Origin: Minisyncoccota bacterium | GTDB lineage: Bacteria; Patescibacteriota; Minisyncoccia; Phycocordibacterales; UBA9973 | DNA length: 64,000 bases | Direction of reading: 5' to 3' | NCBI GenBank assembly: GCA_041657885.1 | Contig: JBBABB010000001.1 | Location: forward strand, 1,094-65,093 | Shown: positions 44,036 through 52,565 of the stretch, piece by piece | Layout of the letters: every line of letters begins with the position of its first letter | How positions within the stretch are numbered: the first letter of the stretch is position 1 | Translations under genes and position numbers: made by a program | Notes under the pieces: generated by a model | The model's input: only the letters and a program-made list of their open reading frames with translations | Told to the model about the DNA's origin: nothing | Database searches by the model: none

Positions 44036-45391
44036 ATGGAAAAAAAAGAAAACAACTTAATGGAAAAGATAATCTCACTTTGTAAAAGAAGAGGTTTTGT
44101 TTATCCCGGGTCAGAGATTTATGGTGGGTTAGCGGGGACATATGATTATGGTCCACTCGGGGTAGCTTTAAAGAATAATATAAAAAATCTTTGGTGGAAG
44201 AAGTTTGTCGATTCTCGAGAAGATATATACCCTATAGATGCTGCAATACTGATGCGTCAAGAAGTTTGGCAAAAAGTAGGGCATGTTGCTAATTTTGCGG
44301 ATCCGATGGTGGAATGCAAAAGATGTCATGAAAAATTTCGTATTGAGTTTGAAATGTCTAGTCAAAAAATACCTAAAGAAATCTATGAACATCAAGAGAC
44401 TAAACATAAATTAGGGGTGGATACTTATGAATCAATAAAACAAGATTTTTCCGAAACAAAACAATTTAATATGATGTTTAAGACCCAGATTGGAGCAGTT
44501 CTAGATTCTTCTGCCACGGTTTATCTTCGTCCAGAGACGGCGCAAGGAATGTTTGTCAATTTCAAAAATGTAGTTGATTCTTTCCACCCTAAATTACCTT
44601 TTGGTATGGCACAAATTGGGAAGGCCTTCAGGAATGAAATTACACCACGTGATTTTATTTTTCGAGTTCGTGAAATTGAACAAATGGAGATAGAGTATTT
44701 CTTGAGACCTGAGGATTGGGAAAAATATTTTGAATATTGGCGAAATGAAATGCTTGCGTGGATAGAAATGATAGGTATTGATATGAACAAAATCCACGAG
44801 CTTGAAGTGAAAGGGGCAGATCTCGCACATTATTCTAAACGCACGATAGATTTTGAATTTGATTTTCCATTTGGACGAAGTGAACTTTACGGATTAGCTT
44901 ACAGAACTGATTTTGATTTGAAGAATCACAATCTCTCATATCTTGACGAAGAGACAAATACGAAAATTGTTCCGCATGTTGTTGAACCTACTTTTGGTGT
45001 AGAAAGAACTTTTCTTGCCCTTTTGCTCTCTGCTTATACCGAAGATATAAGTGGTGAAGAAGTAAGGCTGTATTTGGCATTCAATCCAACTGTTGCACCG
45101 GTTATATGTGCAGTGTCGCCACTTCTTAAAAATAAACCAGAACTTCGTGATTATGCGCATTTAGTTTATCGTACGCTTAAAGATGAGTTCGGACGTGTGA
45201 TGTGGGATGATAACGGTAATATTGGCAAACGTTATCGTCGACAAGATGAAATCGGTACCCCTTGGTGTATTGTTATAGACTTTGACACCCTCACAGATGA
45301 TTCTGTAACTATCCGCGACCGCGATACAGGCAAGCAAGAAAGAATTAAAAAAGAAGATATTGTGGATTATATAAAAGACAAGATGAATTAA
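44036..45391 (+). CDS. glyQS: Glycyl-tRNA synthetase (class II, alpha2 type)
   Basis: Motif 2/3 regions ([35 protein letters not shown]). Confidence 0.9.
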   Translation: [451 protein letters not shown]

Positions 45392-45398
45392 AAACTAA

Positions 45399-46670
45399 AT
45401 GCAAAAAGCTAAAAAGAAAACATATAAAAATGGGTTGCGGGTTGTAACTGTACCAATGAAGGACAATCCGACCGTGACCGTACTTGTCCTTGTGGGAACG
45501 GGGAGCAATTATGAAACGAAAGATATAAATGGTATTTCTCATTTCTTGGAGCATATGTGTTTCAAGGGAACTGTAAAGCGTAAAAATTTTCAGGTTATCT
45601 CTCACGAATTAGATTCACTTGGTTGCCAGTATAATGCTTTTACGGACCACGAAATGACTGGATATTATGCAAAAGGGGATGCAAAGAATTTCAAACAAAT
45701 ATTTGATGTTGTTTCGGATATTTATCTAAATTCTACTTTTCCAGAAGCTGAAATGGAAAAAGAAAAAGGTGTAATAATAGAAGAAATAAATATGTATGAA
45801 GATATGCCACAGCGACACGTAAATGATTTATTTGAAGAAGTGCTCTATGGTAATCAACCCGCAGGATGGAGTGTCGCAGGCACCAAAGAAAATATTCGTA
45901 AAATGAAACGTCCCAATCTTGTGAATTATAAAGGAAGTCACTATGTGGCATCCAATACTCTTATTGTAGTGTCTGGAAATATTACAAATGATGAAGTTTA
46001 CAAAGAAGTAGATAAATATTTTAAAGATATAAAATCTACAAAAAAAGTCAAAAAATTAAAGACAAAAGATGAGCAAGTTAGTCCAAGAGTTTTAATTAAA
46101 TACAAAAAAACAGACCAGACACATTTTGTGCTTGGGGTACGCACTTTCTCATTATTTGATAAAAGAAATATGGCACTTTCTTTACTCTCTGGTATTCTTG
46201 GAGCAGGGATGAGTTCACGATTATTTATTAAACTTCGTGAAGAAATGGGTGTGGCATACTATGTGAGAGCTTATAATGAGCCATCACTTGACCATGGGGC
46301 TTTTCAAATATCAGCTGGAGTAAATAATACGCGAACTGCAGAAGTGATAATAGAAATTCTAAAAGAGTGTAAAGATTTGATGAATCAAAAAGTAAGTGAG
46401 AAAGAACTTAATAAAGTAAAATCATACCTCGTAGGAAATATGAAGATGTCTCTTGAAGCAACTGATGATATTGCAAATTTTTATGGTGGGCAAGAACTTA
46501 TGAAGAATGAAATAAAAACATTGGAAGAAAAAATAAAAGAAATAAAAAAAGTGACAGCGAACAACATACAAAAAATGGCAAAAACAATATTTAAGACCAA
46601 GAATCTTAACCTCGCTATTATTGGGCCCCTTAAAGACAACTCAAAATTCAAAGAAATATTGAAATTCTAA
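45399..46670 (+). CDS. M16-family zinc peptidase (pitrilysin-like)
   Basis: Inverted zincin HxxEH motif (HFLEHM). Confidence 0.8.
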   Translation: MQKAKKKTYKNGLRVVTVPMKDNPTVTVLVLVGTGSNYETKDINGISHFLEHMCFKGTVKRKNFQVISHELDSLGCQYNAFTDHEMTGYYAKGDAKNFKQIFDVVSDIYLNSTFPEAEMEKEKGVIIEEINMYEDMPQRHVNDLFEEVLYGNQPAGWSVAGTKENIRKMKRPNLVNYKGSHYVASNTLIVVSGNITNDEVYKEVDKYFKDIKSTKKVKKLKTKDEQVSPRVLIKYKKTDQTHFVLGVRTFSLFDKRNMALSLLSGILGAGMSSRLFIKLREEMGVAYYVRAYNEPSLDHGAFQISAGVNNTRTAEVIIEILKECKDLMNQKVSEKELNKVKSYLVGNMKMSLEATDDIANFYGGQELMKNEIKTLEEKIKEIKKVTANNIQKMAKTIFKTKNLNLAIIGPLKDNSKFKEILKF

Positions 46671-46705
46671 TTCTCATCATAATGTGTTATTATGAGAGTA
46701 TATGG

Positions 46706-46818
46706 ATCCCGTACGAAACGTTTATCACTCGTAACGGGGAATAAAATACGAGTTTTTATTTATGTCGAGTTTATTTAATCAATAATAACAACGGAAATGT
46801 AAACATTTCCTGCTTCGT
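46706..46818 (+). ncRNA. Candidate cis-regulatory RNA (three-way junction) upstream of the AI-2E transporter gene
   Basis: A 12-bp closing stem (atcccgtacgaa / ttcgtacgggat) encloses two hairpins (actcgta..tacgagt; ggaaatgt..acatttcc). The 3' strand overlaps the annotated start codon. Confidence 0.35.
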
Positions 46819-46823
46819 ACGGG

Positions 46824-47891
46824 ATGGACGAAAAGGTTAAAAATATGCATATAAGTATTTCTACAAATACTCTAATAAAAATACTTCTTTTGGGGGTACT
46901 GGTTTTTGTTGTTATAAAATTATTTAATGTCGTTCTTATTATTCTTGTGGCCATAGTGCTTGCTTCTTTTGTGGAATCAGCCGTTAGGAAACTTAAGCGT
47001 TTTATAAAGAATCGTTCCATTGCAGTTTTCCTTATATATGTCATAACTCTCGGCATAATAGTTGGTTTGTCATCTGTATTCATGCCTGTTTTTATTGAAG
47101 AAATGTCTGCCCTTGTCACATCACTTTCCCAATATATTCCTCACGGTAGTATTTTAAATACTTTTCAAGCTGATACTATTTCCGGGGCAAAAGATGTGGT
47201 TTCTAGCTTATCACACAATGCATCTTTGAGTGATGTTGTAAAAAGTGTGCAGAGTTTAGTCTCTGGTTTGTCTGGTGGTTTTATGGATATTTTTAATGGA
47301 GCTTTTGGTGGTATTCTTAATTTTATACTGATTGTAATTATTTCTTTTTACTTATCGGTTACAGAAAAAGGTATTGAGAATTTCTTGCGTATTATTACTC
47401 CAAGAAAAAGCGAAGAATATATAATTGACTTATGGCAAAGGACAGAACACAAAATCGGGTTATGGATTCAAGGTCAGATGCTTCTAGGACTTATTATTGG
47501 TGTTTTAGCTTATCTAGGACTTACTATCATAGGGGTTAAGTATTCACTTGTTCTTGCCATATTAACTGCATTTTGTGAGCTTGTGCCATTTGGAATATAT
47601 TTGGCTGTAATTCCAGTTGTTCTCTTTAGTTTTTTGGGCGGTGGAATGACGATGGCGATGCTTTCTTTCGGATTATATTTTATCCTTCACCAATTTGAAA
47701 ATTATTTAATATATCCTTTAATTATAAAAAAAGTTATTGGCATATCACCACTTGTGGTTATTCTTTCTATTATTATCGGAGCAGAACTCGCAGGATTTCT
47801 AGGTGTGATTTTGGCAATACCCGCGGCCGTTTGTTTATTAGAATTTTTAGATGATCTTGAAAAGAAAAAGATTCTTTCAAAGACGGAGTAG
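46824..47891 (+). CDS. AI-2E family transporter (PerM/YhhT-like permease)
   Basis: Eight predicted TM helices with the typical family topology. Confidence 0.6.
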   Translation: MDEKVKNMHISISTNTLIKILLLGVLVFVVIKLFNVVLIILVAIVLASFVESAVRKLKRFIKNRSIAVFLIYVITLGIIVGLSSVFMPVFIEEMSALVTSLSQYIPHGSILNTFQADTISGAKDVVSSLSHNASLSDVVKSVQSLVSGLSGGFMDIFNGAFGGILNFILIVIISFYLSVTEKGIENFLRIITPRKSEEYIIDLWQRTEHKIGLWIQGQMLLGLIIGVLAYLGLTIIGVKYSLVLAILTAFCELVPFGIYLAVIPVVLFSFLGGGMTMAMLSFGLYFILHQFENYLIYPLIIKKVIGISPLVVILSIIIGAELAGFLGVILAIPAAVCLLEFLDDLEKKKILSKTE

Positions 47892-49401
47892 TATGCAAAA
47901 ATCATTTTTTCTAACAACAACGCTCCCTTATATAAATGCGCCACTTCATATGGGTAATGCGCTTGAATTTGTGCGCGCTGATACGATTGCCCGCTACAAA
48001 AAGCTTCTTGGTTTTGATGTATATTTTAATACGGGAACAGATGAGCATGGAATAAAAAATTATCTAAAAGCCGAAGAAAAAAAGATATCGGTAGAAAATT
48101 TTGTGGACCTTGGTTTTGCAACTTTTAAAGAGCAACTTAAAATGTTTGGAGTAAGCGATGATATACATTTCGTTCGCACAACAGATAAACATCACGAATT
48201 CGCAGCGCAGGAATTTTGGAAGAAAGTAGCAAACAACGGTTACATTTATAAGAAAAATTATGAAGCTAAATATTGTGTTGGTTGCGAGAGTGAAAAAACT
48301 GATTCGGAGTTGAATGATGCAGGTGAATGTCCAGAGCACCCGGGTAAAAAACTTGAGACAATAAATGAAGAGAATTATTTTTTTAAATATTCAGCCTTCC
48401 AACAACAACTTTTAGATTTTTATGAGAAAAATCCAAGTTTTGTAATTCCAGATTTTCGTTTTAATGAAATGAAAAATTTTGTCAAAAATGGATTACGTGA
48501 TTTTTCAATTTCAAGGTTAAAATCAAAAATGCCTTGGGGAATAGAAGTGCCAGGAGATAAAAATCACGTAATGTATGTTTGGTTTGATGCACTTGTAAAT
48601 TATATTTCAACGCTTGGTTGGCCTAAAACACGTGCTAATGGCACGTGTTCGACCGAACATTCATCTACTGATGAATGTTTTAGGCCAGATGAAGAAGATT
48701 TATTTACTAAGTATTGGGTCAATGGTACTCCCACGCAGTATTGCGGAAAAGATAATACTCGTTTTCAAGGTGCAATGTGGCAAGCTATGCTTATGGCAGC
48801 AGGATTACCGAACTCGCACCAAATAGTTGTGAATGGATTTATCACAGCCGAAGGAGGAGTACGAATGTCAAAAACTATTGGGAACGTAGTTGACCCAAGG
48901 GATATTGTAAAAGAGTATGGGACAGACGCATTGCGATATTTTCTCTTGCGAGAAGTCGGAAGTTTTGAAGATAGTCCATTTACAATTGAACGTTTTAAAG
49001 ATGCGTACAATTCAGGTCTTGCAAACGGGCTGGGGAATTTGGTGAGTCGCGTGATGACTATGGCTGTGAGTTATGGAGTAAAACTTTCAGGTATTGATTT
49101 GGAAGTTAAATATTATACAAATCCAATTGAAGAATTAGAAAGTTTTGATATAAATAAATTTATAAATAAAATTTGGGCAGATTTAAAAAGTTTGGATGAA
49201 TATATACAAAAGAACGAACCATTTAAGAAAATAAAAATAAACAAAGAAGAAGCCAAAAAAGATGTTTATTATTTACTTTTTCATTTGTATAAATGCGCAT
49301 TGGCTATTGAACCGTTGTTGCCTGAAACATCAAAGAAAATTCAAGAATTAATAAAAGAGAATAAAAAACCAAAGCAACCATTATTTTTAAGGAAAGAATA
49401 A
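47851..49401 (+). CDS. metG: Methionyl-tRNA synthetase
   Basis: PYINAPLHMGNALE (variant of the HLGH motif), zinc knuckle CVGCESEKTD...ECPEHPG and KMSKS variant VRMSKT. The likely start is 47893. Confidence 0.85.
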   Translation: MILKRKRFFQRRSSMQKSFFLTTTLPYINAPLHMGNALEFVRADTIARYKKLLGFDVYFNTGTDEHGIKNYLKAEEKKISVENFVDLGFATFKEQLKMFGVSDDIHFVRTTDKHHEFAAQEFWKKVANNGYIYKKNYEAKYCVGCESEKTDSELNDAGECPEHPGKKLETINEENYFFKYSAFQQQLLDFYEKNPSFVIPDFRFNEMKNFVKNGLRDFSISRLKSKMPWGIEVPGDKNHVMYVWFDALVNYISTLGWPKTRANGTCSTEHSSTDECFRPDEEDLFTKYWVNGTPTQYCGKDNTRFQGAMWQAMLMAAGLPNSHQIVVNGFITAEGGVRMSKTIGNVVDPRDIVKEYGTDALRYFLLREVGSFEDSPFTIERFKDAYNSGLANGLGNLVSRVMTMAVSYGVKLSGIDLEVKYYTNPIEELESFDINKFINKIWADLKSLDEYIQKNEPFKKIKINKEEAKKDVYYLLFHLYKCALAIEPLLPETSKKIQELIKENKKPKQPLFLRKE

Positions 49402-49402
49402 T

Positions 49403-50035
49403 ATGAAAAAGAAAGTAATAATTTTTGATATGGATGGAGTGCTTTTTGATACTATTCCTTTTGCTGAAGAATTTTTTTTAAATAACCATCCAGGCATAAC
49501 CAGTGAAATGTACAAAGATATGCATACCGGCAATTTTCACGAAGGGACTCAAAAATATTCTCACCTCAAAAAATCTGAAACAGAGGAAGAAAGATCTCAG
49601 CGACTTATTTTTTACGCTGAGAAAAAAAGCAAAACTCCTTTATTTGAAGGGATAAAAGAATTTTTAGAAACTTTACATAATAGTGGATACTTCTTGGCAT
49701 TAAATACAAATGCTTATGATCGTAATTGTTTACCATTACTGGAAAGTACTGGAATCAAATCGTTATTTGATTTTTTAGCTACTGCTGAACTATCTAAGGA
49801 CAAAGTAGAAAAATTTAGATTAATTAAAGAAAAATATAAAGTAGATGAAAAAGAGATGCTATTTATAACAGATGCACTTGGAGATGTTAAGGATGCAGAT
49901 ATTGCCAGAGTTCCAACCATTGCTGTTACTTGGGGTGTTCACGATAAAACATTTTTTGAGCGAGAAAAACACGACAATCTAATTGGTATTGTTAACACAG
50001 TAAAAGAATTGAGTAATTTTATAAAAAAACAATAA
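49403..50035 (+). CDS. HAD-superfamily hydrolase
   Basis: VIIFDMDGVLFD. Confidence 0.7.
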   Translation: MKKKVIIFDMDGVLFDTIPFAEEFFLNNHPGITSEMYKDMHTGNFHEGTQKYSHLKKSETEEERSQRLIFYAEKKSKTPLFEGIKEFLETLHNSGYFLALNTNAYDRNCLPLLESTGIKSLFDFLATAELSKDKVEKFRLIKEKYKVDEKEMLFITDALGDVKDADIARVPTIAVTWGVHDKTFFEREKHDNLIGIVNTVKELSNFIKKQ

Positions 50036-50038
50036 TTT

Positions 50039-51007
50039 ATGCCTAAATACATTGATATACATTCACACGTAAATTTCAAAGCATTTGATGAGGACAGGGA
50101 TGCGGTTATTCGTCATGCCCTCGACAATGATACTTGGGTCATAAATATCGGCACACAATTTGATACTTCAAAAAAGGCAGTTGAGATGACGAACGATTAT
50201 AAGGAAGGAATTTATGCAACAATTGGGCTACATCCGATTCACACTGATGTTTCGTATCATGATGAAAATGAATTGGGTGCTGAGGCTAGCGAATTTATCT
50301 CTCGTGGAGAAATTTTTGACAAAGAAAAATATAGAGAGCTCGCAAAACTTGGTAAGGTTGTCGCAATAGGGGAATGCGGACTTGATTATTATAGAATGGA
50401 ACTAGAATCTATTGAAAAACAAAAAGTTGCTTTTATTGCTCAGATTGAATTGGCTAATGAACTTAATCTTCCACTTATGCTCCATGTTAGAAATCCTTCA
50501 CCCCTCAGTCCCTTGGACAGCTCCTTACAGGAGCAGTACACCTTTCGCATTTTGATTACAAAAATGCTCAAGGTCTTGCACTTGGGTCCCTTTCCCAAGC
50601 TCACCCCTTCGCAGGGGAGCAAGAATGCTTATGCCGATGTTGCTGATTTATTAAAAAAATATTCAAAAAGAGAAATAAAAGGTGTGTCACATTTCTTTGC
50701 AGGAAATGTGGAAGATATGAAAAGATTTATTGAGATAGGTGTATATGTTTCTTTTGCTGGTCCAATAACTTATAAACCAAAACCAGAAATTTGTGATTAT
50801 ATAAGTGTTATAAAAGAAACCCCCGTGGATATGATATTGGCTGATACAGACAGCCCCTATGTCGCTCCAGTGCCTCACAGGGGAGAGAGAAATGAACCAA
50901 GCAATGTTTGTGATATAGTAGCTAAAATAGCTGAAATTAAAGAGTTATCGAAAGAAGAAGTTGCAACAGTAATTCTCTCTAATGCAAAAAAACTCTTTGA
51001 CTTATAG
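50039..51007 (+). CDS. tatD: TatD-family metal-dependent DNase with an in-frame insertion
   Basis: IDIHSHV N-terminus and GECGLDY. A ~46-aa GC-rich insert lies at ~50487-50625. Confidence 0.8.
   Translation: MPKYIDIHSHVNFKAFDEDRDAVIRHALDNDTWVINIGTQFDTSKKAVEMTNDYKEGIYATIGLHPIHTDVSYHDENELGAEASEFISRGEIFDKEKYRELAKLGKVVAIGECGLDYYRMELESIEKQKVAFIAQIELANELNLPLMLHVRNPSPLSPLDSSLQEQYTFRILITKMLKVLHLGPFPKLTPSQGSKNAYADVADLLKKYSKREIKGVSHFFAGNVEDMKRFIEIGVYVSFAGPITYKPKPEICDYISVIKETPVDMILADTDSPYVAPVPHRGERNEPSNVCDIVAKIAEIKELSKEEVATVILSNAKKLFDL
50487..50625 (+). repeat. GC-rich palindromic element cluster inserted in-frame within tatD
   Basis: cttgggtccctttcccaag and ccccttcgcagggg hairpins encode PSPLSPLDSS...LTPSQGSKN. 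Confidence 0.6.
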
Positions 51008-51127
51008 CTAAATCTTTGTTAGTATATAGCTCATCTCGTTTGTCCCGACCCTGAAGTCGGTACACACAGGTCCATAGCGAGATAATATTAAAATTAATAA
51101 TTTATTGCGTTTTTACGCGTTTATCGG

Positions 51128-51634
51128 ATGGCAAAAACAAAAAAAGACACAGAAACAGAGGAAAATACCCCTGAAGAAGTAGAGTTTCGTGTGAGTGTCT
51201 ATGAAGTGGGTTACATTCTAGTGCCTACAATTGCAGAAGAAAACCTTGGTGGTGAGGTAACACTATTTAAGGATATGTTCACAGAAAATGGAGCGGTGTT
51301 CATTTCTGATGAATATCCTAAACTCATAGAATTGGCATATGAAATGTCACGTGCTATCAATAATAAAAAACAAAAGTTTTCTTATGGTTATTTTGGTTGG
51401 GTAAAGTTTGAGTGTACAACTATAGAAGCTAAAGTTATAAAAGATATTTTGGACAAGAATGAAAAGCTTGTCCGCTATCTTATGATTAAGACAGTTCGTG
51501 AGAACACTATGTCGATCAGGCGTTCTTATAGTAAGCAAGATGGCAGAAGTCGTCGTCCTATCCAAAAACACGAAGCAATTGAGAAAATAAATGAGGAAAC
51601 AATAGACAGAGAAATTGACGCTTTGGTGGTATAA
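51128..51634 (+). CDS. rpsF: Ribosomal protein S6 (extended termini)
   Basis: YE..YIL.P pattern. It is followed by ssb and rpsR, the canonical operon order. Confidence 0.7.
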   Translation: MAKTKKDTETEENTPEEVEFRVSVYEVGYILVPTIAEENLGGEVTLFKDMFTENGAVFISDEYPKLIELAYEMSRAINNKKQKFSYGYFGWVKFECTTIEAKVIKDILDKNEKLVRYLMIKTVRENTMSIRRSYSKQDGRSRRPIQKHEAIEKINEETIDREIDALVV

Positions 51635-51664
51635 TAAAATTATTAATAATTTAACTATTTATTT

Positions 51665-52129
51665 ATGTATTTAAACAAAGTATTTATAATAGGTAACCTT
51701 ACTCGTGACCCAGAATTGAAAGCAATTCCCTCAGGTATAAAAGTTTGTAGTTTCTCTGTCGCAACTAATCGTGTCTGGAAAGATAAAAATGGAGCCAAAC
51801 AAGAAGCAGCGGACTTTCACAATGTAGTTGTCTTTGGTCGCCAAGCAGAGACGACGGCTCAATATATGAAAAAGGGTAGTCAAGTTATGGTAGAGGGTCG
51901 CATGCAGACCAGAAGTTGGGATGATGCAGCGACAAACACTAAGAAATATCGTACCGAAGTTATCGCCGACAGAGTCCAATTTGGTTCAAATAGTGGGGGA
52001 GCTAAAAGTGGAGGAAATTTTGACCAATCAGCTTCACCTAAAAGTGCTCAACCAGAAGCAAAAGAAGAAGAACTAGATACTATTGAATATCCAGAAGAAC
52101 AAATAAACGCAGAAGATATACCGTTCTAG
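51665..52129 (+). CDS. ssb: Single-stranded DNA-binding protein
   Basis: OB-fold with an acidic C-terminal tail ending DIPF. Confidence 0.85.
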   Translation: MYLNKVFIIGNLTRDPELKAIPSGIKVCSFSVATNRVWKDKNGAKQEAADFHNVVVFGRQAETTAQYMKKGSQVMVEGRMQTRSWDDAATNTKKYRTEVIADRVQFGSNSGGAKSGGNFDQSASPKSAQPEAKEEELDTIEYPEEQINAEDIPF

Positions 52130-52147
52130 ACCCCTCCGCCTACGGCA

Positions 52148-52167
52148 CCTCCCCTTCGCAGGGGAGG
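52148..52167. repeat. GC-rich palindromic element (CCTCCCC-TTCGCA-GGGGAGG), intergenic between ssb and rpsR
   Basis: Same core as the elements in prfB, tatD and the infB-rbfA spacer. Confidence 0.6.
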
Positions 52168-52205
52168 AAGAATACAAAAAATTAAAAATTTAACAAATCA
52201 CTAAC

Positions 52206-52406
52206 ATGAAACAAGATTATTTTTCATCGAATAATATAAAACATATTGACTACAAAGACATAGAAGTATTAAAAAGATTTCTAACTCCAAGTGCCCGTAT
52301 GCTTGCACGCCGACGTACAGATGTGACAGCTAAGAATCAACGCAAGCTTTCTATGGCAATCAAGCGTGCAAGATTTATGGGGTTATTGCCCTATATAGCA
52401 AAGTAA
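52206..52406 (+). CDS. rpsR: Ribosomal protein S18
   Basis: DYKDIEVLKRFLT...RRTDVTAKNQRKLSMAIKRARFMGLLPY. Confidence 0.85.
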   Translation: MKQDYFSSNNIKHIDYKDIEVLKRFLTPSARMLARRRTDVTAKNQRKLSMAIKRARFMGLLPYIAK

Positions 52407-52424
52407 AAGAATCACCACCCCCTG

Positions 52425-52484
52425 CCCCCTCCTCAATAAGGAGGGGGTTTTGGATTTCCCAGACAGTGCTTTAGGCGCTGTCTG
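52425..52484 (+). terminator. Tandem GC hairpins after rpsR (ccccctcc-tcaataa-ggaggggg then cagacag..ctgtctg)
   Basis: The first hairpin is followed by TTTTGG. Confidence 0.5.
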
Positions 52485-52565
52485 AACTTGTGTATAACTT
52501 CCTTGCGGGGGGGGTATTTGTGATACAATATGAGTATATTAATAATCATAATTTTTTAAATATAT

